Shown here: positions 1 to 9,220 of the stretch, in pieces
How positions within the stretch are numbered: the stretch's first letter is position 1
How the letters are laid out: each line of letters begins with the position of its first letter
Assembly: GCF_006345805.1 (NCBI RefSeq)
Contig: NW_021824526.1
Coordinates: 1-18,116 of the forward strand
DNA length: 18,116 nucleotides
Direction of reading: 5' to 3'
Origin: Octopus sinensis
Lineage: Eukaryota
Program-made: the position numbers and the translations under genes
Notes under the pieces: model-generated
The model's input: the letters and a program-made list of their open reading frames with translations, nothing else
Told to the model about the DNA's origin: nothing
Databases searched by the model: none

Positions 1-100
1 TAGAACCCATATATAGAGAAAATAATTGCAAAAAGAAGGGCCACCACGTTCCTTAAAAACTGAGAAGCCTCATTGTCAAGAATAAAGAGGTACTGATATT

Positions 101-513
101 TATTTCTTTATTGCCCACAGGGGGCTAAACATAGAGGGGACAAACAAGGACAAGGGGATTAAGTCGATTACATTGACCAGAAGTGCGTAACTGGTATTTA
201 TTTAATCGATCCCGAAAGGATGAAAGGTAATATCGACCTCAGCGGAATTTGAACTCAGGACGTAACGGCAGACGAAATACCTATTTCTTTACTACCCACA
301 AGGGGCTAAACACAGAGGGGACAAACAAGGACAGACAAACGGATTAAGTCTCTTATATCGACCCCAATGCATTACTGGTACTTTTTTAATCGACCCCGAA
401 AGGATGAAAGACAATACCGACCTCGGCGGAATTTGAACTCAGAACGTAGCAGCAGACGAAATACCGCTAAGCATTTCACTCGGCGTGCTAACGATTCTGC
501 CAGCTCGCCGCCC
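101..513 (-). mobile_element. Dimer of tRNA-headed SINE (Nin/Deu-like domain, tail type a): full copy 282-513 plus 5'-truncated copy 101-281
   Basis: Minus strand reads GGCGGCGAGCTGGCAGAA (A-box-like) ... GAGTTCAAATTCC (B-box, plus 428-440) ... GAGGTCGGTATTGTCTTTCATCCTTTCGGGGTCGATT ... tail ending AAAGAAATA. The body is repeated twice head-to-tail. Flanked by AGAGGTA(C/T)TGATATT at 86-100 and 517-531 (15-bp TSD, 1 mismatch). Domain name is from memory of the consensus. Confidence 0.9.
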
Positions 514-1002
514 TACAGAGGTATTGATATTGCAGACTGGACCTGGAACTGTGCTACCTGTCAGGATATTGGCCTACTCTGCCCAAATACCTATGTACAT
601 CGAAAATAATTGCAATGATAAGAGCCACAACGTTCCTTAAAAAGTCTCTGAGATGACACGTATTGAAGAATACATAGGGACCGATATCAGCGTGCTCTGG
701 CCAAATACACCACGTATCCCACAAGATTCTAAGGCCACAGATAAGCAGACTGGATAATGAAAAGATTGCCGAATGTCTTCTACATTATAATTCTGCAGCT
801 AATAAAATTATTTACTGCATCTTCGGCCATAGAGAGATAAAATGGGCAGTGGAGAGTGTGCGACATATCTAGTCAATTACACCGCGACCAATACAGACCA
901 TTAGTCCATTTGAGGACATGCAGACATAGGTCAGCACCAATGCTTGACTGCTATTGTACCTTTGGACACTGAAAAAAAGAGGCAGAAGAGCAATATGGAC
1001 AT

Positions 1003-1088
1003 CAGCAGGATTTGAACTCGGAACGCAGAAAAAGCAATTATTGTAAAATATCATATCCGGTTGCCTGACGGTTCTGCCAATTCGCATC
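1003..1088 (-). mobile_element. Degenerate isolated head of the same SINE family
   Basis: Plus strand GGATTTGAACTCGGGAACG ... GGTTCTGCCAATTCGC aligns with the B-box and A-box ends of the heads at 428-509 and 1332-1410; no body follows. Confidence 0.6.
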
Positions 1089-1184
1089 ATTAGGATATGA
1101 ACTCCTTTAACTGCATCCCTGACGGTATGGCAGAATCGGTAGAGCTTCGGCAGCAAACACTTTGGGGCATTCGTTTCAAATACC

Positions 1185-1421
1185 TATTTCTTTACTACCC
1201 ACAAGGGGCTAAACACAGAAGGGACAAACAAGGACAGACAAACGGATTAAGTCGATTATATCGACCCCAGTGCGTAACTGGTACTTTATTTATCGACCCC
1301 GAAAGGATGAAAGGCAAAGTCGACCTCGGCGGAATTTGAACCCAGAACGTAAAAGCAGACGAAATACATCTACGCATTTCGCCCGACGTGCTAACGTTTC
1401 TGCCAGCTCGCTGCCTTAGAT
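1185..1421 (-). mobile_element. Full-length monomer of the tRNA-headed SINE (tail type a) with perfect 16-bp TSD
   Basis: Same head, body and tail as 282-513. ATTCGTTTCAAATACC is present at 1169-1184 and 1422-1437. Confidence 0.93.
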
Positions 1422-1996
1422 ATTCGTTTCAAATACCGCTGGGGTAAACTTTGTCTTGCATCCATTTTTAGGTTGAAAAAAATATAAATGCCAGTCCAGT
1501 ATAATGCAATCCATTAAACCTTGCCCTAAATGTTGCTAGCCTTGCATGCGACCTACAAACACTTTTTTACCATTCCTGTACAACATGCCAATTTGCCCTG
1601 CGATGTCGCAAGAGCATATCAATATTCCGAGACTCACACACAAAACACACACACGACGCATTATTCTTCCTACATAAATGTAGCAAAGTACAGCGTGAAA
1701 TGTACTAAAAATCTCTAAGAATTTTTTAAAAAATGATGGACTCTCCATCTCTATAATCAAGGAAGCTCCGAGCCGAGAAGTCACTCTCGATAATGTTAAC
1801 AAAGGAGCGTATTATAAATAAATAAATTCATTGAACAATTACCCAGATGCCTACATGCAGCTGCACACACATTCACATTTTACAATCCCGACGAAACTTG
1901 ACGTATACATGGCGCCCACAACTCTAAATACACCTGAACTTCAGGAACTATATTCGAATAACGTGTATTTGACATATGATCTCGCAATCTACATTC

Positions 1997-2592
1997 ATAT
2001 ATGTATATGAATATATGTATATACATGTGTGTGTGTATGTGTGTATGCGTGTATATGTGTGTATGTGTACATATCTGTGTATGTACAAATATATATATAT
2101 ATGTCTGCATTTTTATACGTGTACATTTTCGTTTTTGTAGGTGTACGTATGTATGTATATTTGTGTGAACATGTGTATACGTGTATGTGGGCGTATGTTT
2201 ATATGTGTATATATATACATACACATACACATGTCGGAAGTGAAAGTATTTGAATTATACCTGCGTTAAACTCCATTTATATATATATGTATATATATAT
2301 GTGTGTGGTGTGTTAGTGTGTGTATATATATATATATGTATGTATATGTATATATGTGTATATATATATATACGTATATATATTTTATTATGTGTATATG
2401 CGAGTGTATTAACACGTATGTGCGTGTGTTTGATGTTTTTCACACACGTGTGTACCTGCGTATACAAGTTCCTATACATATATATGTATATATTCGTCCA
2501 TACGTGTGCGTAAGCGCGTGTATCTAGTTATATGTATATGCCCATAGACATGGATGTGCGTGTTTGAGCGCGTATCTCTGTGTATGTATACG
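1997..2592. repeat. Compound TA/TG/CA microsatellite field
   Basis: Interleaved (TA)n, (TG)n and TATG runs; source of the low-complexity ORFs at 1880-2527. Confidence 0.95.
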
Positions 2593-2835
2593 CACGATTA
2601 CAAAAAGAATTTCGTCTAAGTATCATCTTCCTTTCAACTTCTTCCTTTTCTTTCTCTTAAGAGTTACAACAGCAAAAGATGATTACGTCATTTCCTCAAA
2701 CTAGAATGTATATTTTCCACGTTCAAATTTGAATTTTTTGCGTTTCAATAATTTTTCTCTGATTTTACTCATTCTCGAATTTGACGGACATATATCGGTA
2801 CTTTAACCCAACTCAAGAAATCTCTAGTGTGACGT

Positions 2836-2894
2836 TTTATTGATGTACCTGAAGAGACCCTGAACGGGTGGAAACATGTGTTGTGCCCAATAAA
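2836..2894 (+). ncRNA. Type I hammerhead ribozyme-like fold (probably decayed; Penelope-like element type)
   Basis: CTGAAGA 2849-2855; stem II GACCC/TGAAC/GGGTG 2856-2870 (closing pair G.G); GAAA 2871-2874; stem III AC-ATGT-GT; triplet GTT 2880-2882; stem I GTAC/GTGC then TTTATTG/CAATAAA. Confidence 0.6.
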
Positions 2895-3069
2895 GTCTAT
2901 TACACATTCTGTCTCCTATTTTATTAATACTGTTACCGCAACCGCCTCTACGAAGTCCCTGCAGTAAATTTACAGATAACAACAGGTAATCGAAACTGTG
3001 CCGGTGTTTTACTCTTCAATCATTTATACATTTTGAACGATTTCTCCATTATATATATATATAATAAAA

Positions 3070-3573
3070 TATTAGGGAATAAATCCAAACTTACAGGGAA
3101 AAATCAGATTTAGGATTAAATCCAATTTTATAGTATAAATATATTATATTATATTATATTAAATTAGAGATAAAACAACTTTTAGGCAAATCAAACAATG
3201 AAATAAATTAATTAATTTTATGTATTGGCTTATGTTTTTCATTGTTTGATTTGCCTAATAGTGGTTTTATCTCTATATAATATAATATATATATATAAAT
3301 TAGAGATAAAACTACTATTATGCAACTCAAACAGTAATAGACATAAACCAAAACAAATAGAATATATTTTTATAAAACATATAACTAGATCTCAAAAAGA
3401 ATAAAAAAATTTTTATTTGTTATTTATGTATTGGTTTATGTCTATCACTGTTTGAGTTGCATAATAGTGGTTTTATCTCTAATTTATATTATATATATAT
3501 ATCTATATTGTGAAATTTGATTTAATACTAAATTGAATTTTCCCCTGTAAATCTGGAGTTATACTCCCTAATA
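3070..3573. mobile_element. Nested foldback (MITE-like) element: ~65-bp imperfect TIRs enclosing two long hairpins
   Basis: Left end TATTAGGGAATAAATCCAAACTTACAGGGAAAAAT matches the reverse complement of the right end (...TTTTCCCCTGTAAATCTGGAGTTATACTCCCTAATA). Hairpin A 3165-3203/3237-3275 pairs 37/39; hairpin B 3293-3351/3431-3489 pairs 57/59. TA-rich flanks. Related copies at 17713-17830 and 17982-18116. Confidence 0.8.
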
Positions 3574-3576
3574 TAT

Positions 3577-3627
<51 letters not shown>

Positions 3628-3728
3628 ATGTATGTATGTATGTATGTATGTATATATGCATACATACATACATATATACATACATACATACATACATACA
3701 TACATACATACATACATACATACATGCA
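3574..3728. repeat. (TA)n-(TATG)n-(CATA)n compound microsatellite
   Basis: Direct reading. Confidence 0.95.
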
Positions 3729-4060
3729 CACAGGGAAATATTGTAAACATTGTGACTGTTTACAGTGAAGTATAAATCAGTTTGTGTGCAGCGGAAAGTC
3801 ATTGAGTCCATCCAGATGTTACTTAGGAAAGACACTATTCGTCTTTTGTACTGTGTCTGATCAGACAACCGTCTAATTAGCTGCCGACCTTATTAAACAT
3901 GCCAAAGTCTTCTTAATCACGTGATCATTTAATTAGCAACTTTACAATCTAACCATGAACGCCATTAATGTTCCACGTGTTCTTGTAACGATTCGTTTTC
4001 AGTTAAATAACCATATTACTAACAGTATTGTCATCTAAAACAGACGTTTTAAGCATCTCA

Positions 4061-4392
4061 GCAGGGCATGGCTGTCTGGTTGAGACGCTCGCTTTGAAGC
4101 CACGAGCATTTTGGTTCAATCCAACTGCAAAACCCTTTTTGTAAGATTCTTCTACAATAGACACAGGCCGCCAATGCCTAATGAGTGAATTCAATAGACA
4201 GAATATGTGGGGAAATCTGTCGTATGCATATGTGTGTGAGTGTGTCTTTGTGTTTTGTTTGTCCCTTCCCATACAGCGGTTGACAATGTGTGTCGAGCTA
4301 TTTTATTATTAAAAAAAAACTTGAAGGTGTTGTATTGCTCCACCATGACCGCAGTTTTTGTGACTGAAACAAGTAAAAACAGAAGCATAAAA
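4061..4392 (+). mobile_element. Degenerate tRNA-derived CORE-type SINE with internal deletion
   Basis: Head GGCATGGCTGTCTGGT (A-box-like) ... GGTTCAATCC (B-box). Internal GTGAGTGTGTCTTTGTGTTTTGTTTGTC matches the start of the 122-bp array unit. Tail CATGACCGCAGTT...GACTGAAACAAGTAAAA matches the array flank at 10962-10995. Confidence 0.7.
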
Positions 4393-4565
4393 CAGATTCG
4401 ATAAGATTCGTTAATAAGGTAAATAAAATATCTTACAATTTTTTTTTCGACGTTCTACTTATGACTTTAAATTTTGTCTGGATCAATTTCGTCTTTACGC
4501 CTGTTTCGAAGTTCACATGTCAATTACAAGAAATGCATTCTTTCTCTTTTACTAACGACAAGATT

Positions 4566-4667
4566 CTACAGTTTCCGTCACCCAAATCCACTCGCAAACG
4601 CTTAGTCGTCACGAGGCCATGTTAGAAGACACTTGCTTGCTCAAAGTGCCACGCAACAGGACTAAAC
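4566..4667 (-). mobile_element. 5' fragment of the same CORE-type SINE in opposite orientation
   Basis: Reverse complement reads GTTTAGTCCTGTTGCGTGGCACTTTGAGCAAGCAAGTGTCTTCTAAC...GAGTGGATTTGGGTGACGGAAACTG, colinear with 4105-4210 and containing a CORE-like ACyTTGrGCAAGT motif. Confidence 0.6.
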
Positions 4668-5024
4668 TTTAAACCATATATGGTAGAGTTGAATTAGTGT
4701 ATATATTTGTTATTTGAGTTTTCTCTTTTTTCTTTTTTTGTGAGGTGGAGGTGGTGAAATTACAAAGTGGCACTTCCCATGCCTTTGTGATGGCAGACTA
4801 ATCCGGGACTTTTTTGCGTGAATTTTACCCCGAATCACCCTAAGTGGACGACACCGCTATTGGGGATTTTTATTTATTGATTATTCATTTTTCAAATTTC
4901 TAATTATATTTCCTTTTGTTATGTCCTTTATTGTAGTAGTATATCTCTTTGAACCATATGGACCCCATCGATTTTATGTGTTGTATCTCGTTTTTTGATA
5001 TCGTCCTCCATGCCTTAAGCCCTT

Positions 5025-5224
5025 GTGAGCTGGCAGAATCGTAATCACACCGGATAAAATGCTTAGTGGCATCCCGTCCGTTTTTACGTTCCAAGTTCAA
5101 ATTCCACCGAGATTAGTTTTGCTTTTCATCCTTTTGGAGTCGATAAAATAATTACCAGTTGGACACTGGAGTCGATCCAATCGGCTTACCCCCTCTCCTA
5201 AAATTGCTGGCCTCGTGCCAAAAT
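5025..5224 (+). mobile_element. tRNA-headed Nin/Deu-like SINE, tail type b
   Basis: GTGAGCTGGCAGAATCG ... AGTTCAAATTCC ... TTTCATCCTTTTGGAGTCGATAAAATAATTACCAG ... then CCCCCTCTCCTAAAATTGCTGGCCTCGTGCCAAAA instead of tail a. Confidence 0.85.
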
Positions 5225-5230
5225 TATTAC

Positions 5231-5284
<54 letters not shown>

Positions 5285-5457
5285 CATCATTATCATTATC
5301 ATTATTAATATTATTATTATCATCATTATTATCATCATTATTATTATTATTATTAATATTATTATAAATATTATCATCATTATCATTATTATTATTATCA
5401 TTATTATTATCATTATTATTATTATTGATATTATTATTATTATCATCATCATTATCA

Positions 5458-5506
<49 letters not shown>

Positions 5507-5538
5507 CATCATTATTATCATCATTATTATTATTATTA

Positions 5539-5572
<34 letters not shown>

Positions 5573-5621
5573 CATTATTATTGTTGTTATTATCATCATT
5601 ACTGTTGTTGTTGTCATTATT
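5223..5621. repeat. Long (ATT)n/(ATC)n trinucleotide tract starting at the SINE 3' end
   Basis: Direct reading; explains the poly-Ile/poly-Leu ORFs at 5198-5701. Confidence 0.97.
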
Positions 5622-5837
5622 AATGCCATTCCATAAGATATTGGCAGTTCCAAGCTCTGCAAATACCTACAGTAGAGTGTTATGACATAATAGTACATCA
5701 TTGCTTTCCGGGTTTTGTTTTTTTTTTTTGTTTTTTTTTCATTTTACATTTCTTTGAAAATCATTAACTTTAGACGTTGTTGTTTTCGTCTATTTTATAA
5801 AAGTTGGAATGGAAGCTTTTAAAGGATTGAAGCTAAT

Positions 5838-5860
5838 ACTACAACTACAACTACAACTAT

Positions 5861-5911
<51 letters not shown>

Positions 5912-6264
5912 CACTACTACTACTACTACTACTGCTACTACTACCACTACTACTACTACTACTACTACTGCTACTACTTTCTAGTCTTCCTCTACTACCT
6001 TCATCATTACCGTGGCGGTTGAGTAGTTTTAATGACCGTTGTTGGTATTCTTGTTATCAATATCTGTAGTAGTAGTAGTAGTAATAGTAGTAGCTACTAC
6101 TACAACTACCATAACCACTGCCACTACCACTACTACTACTACTTTGTTAGCCTTCTCACAAATATTATTAACATTGGCGTTCTTGTTCTTGATATAGTTT
6201 GTGGTAGTAGTAGTATTAGTAACATCAATACTGTTTTCTATTACTACTACTACTACTACTACTA
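5838..6264. repeat. (CTA)n and (GTA)n trinucleotide tracts
   Basis: (CTA)n at 5838-5978; mixed GTA/CTA blocks at 6066-6264. Confidence 0.92.
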
Positions 6265-6615
6265 GTATAGCCTGTATCACAATTGTTCGCCTTAAATCCT
6301 TCCCCACTTTTCACTGTCTTGTAAGTGTTAACCTGAGTTCACGAGAACTGTCAATTCTTTCGCAATCCTATCTCCGTTATAGAAATTGTGTCCCTCGGCA
6401 ATACAACCTGTTGTATGTTTCAAATAAATAAAATAAAACAAAACAAGATGAAAAAAGAAACGGGTGAGGAGCGGTTAGGGTGTAGAACGGGTATGCGAGG
6501 TGGGATGTGTAAGAGGGGTGGAAGAATTTGGTGAGATGGCGAGGTTGTTGAGAGAAATCGATATATCGTGTATATAATGCAGGTTCTCAGTGTAGCATTT
6601 GTATGTCTCTGTGTG

Positions 6616-6616
<1 letters not shown>

Positions 6617-6666
<50 letters not shown>

Positions 6667-7222
6667 GATGGATGGATAGTTATATAGATACATAAATAGA
6701 TAGATCGATACATAGATGGACAGATAGATGGATGGATGTATAGGTAGATTGATAAATAGATGAGTAGGTAGGGAGGTACGTAGGTACGTAGGTAGGCAGG
6801 TAGGTAGGTAATATATAGATTGTTTGTCTGTGTATGTGTGTAAGAGTGAACATGCACACATCTATGCATATAGTCAGAAATATATACAAAAATACGTATA
6901 CACACACAAACCCACACACGCTTGCACACTCACACACACATGCAAATATATATATATAAATATACACACATTCGCACATATATGCACACATATATATATA
7001 TGAGTGTAAAATATAGAGGGAGAGCGATAGGAAGAGAGAAAGGAAGAGGGGCAGACATGCATTTAGACAGATACATATACACCTCCACGTACACGCGCAC
7101 ACATACACATATATATATAAATATATATATAACTCGCTCTGAGATTTATCATTATATATATATATATATTTATATAAAGTGCTTGTGCGTGTGTCTATAC
7201 GCACATGTTTATATGCATGTGT

Positions 7223-7271
<49 letters not shown>
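6617..7271. repeat. (GATA)n/(GATG)n/(GGTA)n followed by TA/CA/GA/GT microsatellites
   Basis: Direct reading. Confidence 0.93.
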
Positions 7272-7273
<2 letters not shown>

Positions 7274-7847
7274 AACAAGTGTTAATGATGTGTCTTAATG
7301 CGGATCCAGCTCTAAATATTAATTCGTAATGCATAGGATTAAAAAAAAAAAAAAAGCTTCGGCGGAAATAAAAATGACAGAACGCTTCCAGCAGGACTCG
7401 AAACACGGAATTTTATAACTCAAAGAGATGTTTCAGCCGATTAATTTTTTAGAAATGACCTCCGTGAGCTGCGTTAGTGTGATTGGTAGCATGTATGTCT
7501 GGGTTACTAAGAGATCCTGGTTCGGTCTACGAGCAGTAACCCTCTTTTTCCCCATCTAAGAGATATTTAACTCAATGTATTTTTATGATATGTTATTTAC
7601 ATTGGAGCTTTCCTCTAGATTTCTTAGCATGTTTCTACAGTTGTTTCAGAGACCGACTTACACACGTATGTAAAAACACGTGCATATATGTATTTTACAT
7701 TGTTATTATGTTGAATTAAATCTAAAACTATTTAACATAAAACTGAGGAATTACTCCACACCTTTTTTCTGAAGTACATATTTATTATACTTCTACAAGA
7801 AGACAGTCGCCAGTGGCTTCAAAGTTTCGGCCTACTAGCCTTTATCA

Positions 7848-8218
7848 GACAAACAAAGACAGATAAAGGGATTAAGTCGATTACATCGATCCCAGTGCGT
7901 AACTGGTACTTTATTTATCGACCCCGAAAGGATGAAAGGCAAAGTCGACCTCGGCGGAATTTGAACTCAGAACGTAATGGCAGACGAAATACCTATTTCT
8001 TTACTACCCACAAGGGGCTAAACACAGAGAGGACAATCAAGGACAGACAAACGTATTAAATCGAGTATATCGACCCCAGTGAGCAACTGGTACTTATTTA
8101 ATCGACCCCAAAAGGATGAAAGGCAAAGTCAACCTCGGCGAAATTTGAACTCAGAACGTAAAGACAGACGAAATACCGCTAATCATTTCGCCCGGCGTGC
8201 TAACGTTTCTGCCAGCTC
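7848..8218 (-). mobile_element. Second dimer of the tRNA-headed SINE (full copy 7994-8218 plus truncated copy 7848-7993)
   Basis: Same body repeated; junction CAGACGAAATACC|TATTTCTTT at 7981-8002 is identical to 269-290. Confidence 0.88.
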
Positions 8219-8615
8219 AAGAGTTTGTGTCACTCCACTCTACCTATTTTACTGGGCATTTACCATTATCTGAGATTTGTTTTTCTATGTGGTCAAGCGA
8301 TACTATAGCCATAAATAATTAGGGTTTGGGTGAATATCTAACAATATTAATATATGATCACCAACTAGAATTTAACTGTGAACTCCTAGTGTTTTAATAA
8401 TAGCTGCGTTAGTTCTTTTGTTGGTGATAAGATGATAGATAAAAATTGTAGCTAAATTACCATGACCCCCACTGTGTCTCCACTTCTGCCATTCAAAAAT
8501 TGTAATTGTTTCTCTTATTCTGCAACATTAATAGCAGCATGGAAGTCTTACTACTCTAGCTCTGATGAAATATTTGCTATAAATTATAATTAAATATCCT
8601 GACTGCTGAAAATTT

Positions 8616-8715
8616 GTATTTTGCAACTGAAGATGGCGCTGTATTTCAAATTGATGTAATGGTTGCATTGTTCGATTAAATGAAGCCGCCTGAAACAGCT
8701 GTATTGCAGTAATAC
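8616..8715 (+). ncRNA. Type I hammerhead ribozyme fold with palindromic stem III (Penelope-like element type)
   Basis: Stem I GTATTTTGCAA (8616-8626) pairs with TTGCAGTAATAC (8704-8715): 11 bp, one bulge, one G.U. CTGAAGA 8627-8633; stem II GGCG/CGCC with extendable pairing; GAAA 8692-8695; ACAGCTGT perfect palindrome 8695-8702; triplet GTA 8701-8703. Confidence 0.72.
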
Positions 8716-9034
8716 TTTGATATCTTTATTACTTATTTACTTCGAAAAGAAAGGACGTGCTTATACTATCTCCTTCATAAGTTCATCGTCCTCGCGTTCA
8801 GAATATTCTTCTATCGTCTCGGCTTAACAACATTCACCGTTTGTTTTTACGGTTTTGTTCTCACTGTTCTGTTCTTGTAACCAATTTCACCCTCCGCAAA
8901 ATATTCCAAATTTTATTTAATTTGCTTTGCGGGAAGGATTGTTTCAACGGTATACCACTCATCAGGCATCGAGGTGATCGCAGAACAACATAAGATGAAT
9001 TCAGTTCTATATTTAAGAGATGAGGAATTATGTA

Positions 9035-9135
9035 CATTATTTACATTATTTACATTTGACGGATATTCGTCCTCATCTTGTGTTAACAACAAAGATAGAA
9101 CAAATATCCGTCAAATGTAAATAACGTAAATAATG
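9035..9135. repeat. ~100-bp near-perfect palindrome
   Basis: CATTATTTACATTATTTACATTTGACGGATATT (9035-9067) vs AATATCCGTCAAATGTAAATAACGTAAATAATG (9103-9135): 32/33 complementary; the interior also pairs partly (ATCTT/AAGAT). Confidence 0.9.
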
Positions 9136-9145
9136 AGACGAATTG

Positions 9146-9217
9146 TTTTTCTCAAGAACACAACGCACCACCTGGTCTAGGAATTGAAACCACGATGTCG
9201 CAATCGTGAGTGCAATA
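9146..9217 (-). mobile_element. Head fragment of a tRNA-derived SINE related to 13010-13397
   Basis: Reverse complement GCACTCACGATTGCGACATCGTGGTTTCAATTCCTAGACCAGG...GTTGTGTTCTTGAGAAAAAC parallels GGACTCGCGGTCGTAGGATCGCGGTTTCGATTCCCAGACCGGG...GTGTTTATTGAGCGAAAAC. Confidence 0.65.
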
Positions 9218-9220
9218 TTT

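Noticed and set aside
2930-3010. Possible second decayed hammerhead (CCTG...CAGG...GAAAC) after fold 1
   Set aside because: The CUGANGA box is absent (CTCTACGA); not supportable.
3620-3725. (TATG)n facing (CATA)n as a special hairpin (also 16850-16975)
   Set aside because: Self-complementary compound microsatellites are ubiquitous in this kind of genome; no specific signal.
3782-3860. Possible exon after TTTGTGTGCAG ([22 protein letters not shown])
   Set aside because: Short, weak polypyrimidine tract, no recognisable homology; needs RNA evidence.
7385-7535. Two divergent tRNA-like segments (minus ~7385-7425, plus ~7465-7535)
   Set aside because: Only vague A/B-box similarity, no cloverleaf, body or TSD; at most decayed SINE heads.
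8925-8980. Minus-strand CTGATGA-GTGGTATACCGTT-GAAAC hammerhead-like core
   Set aside because: Core motifs and a weak stem II are present but no stem III/NUH or stem I partner could be placed; may be a dead remnant.
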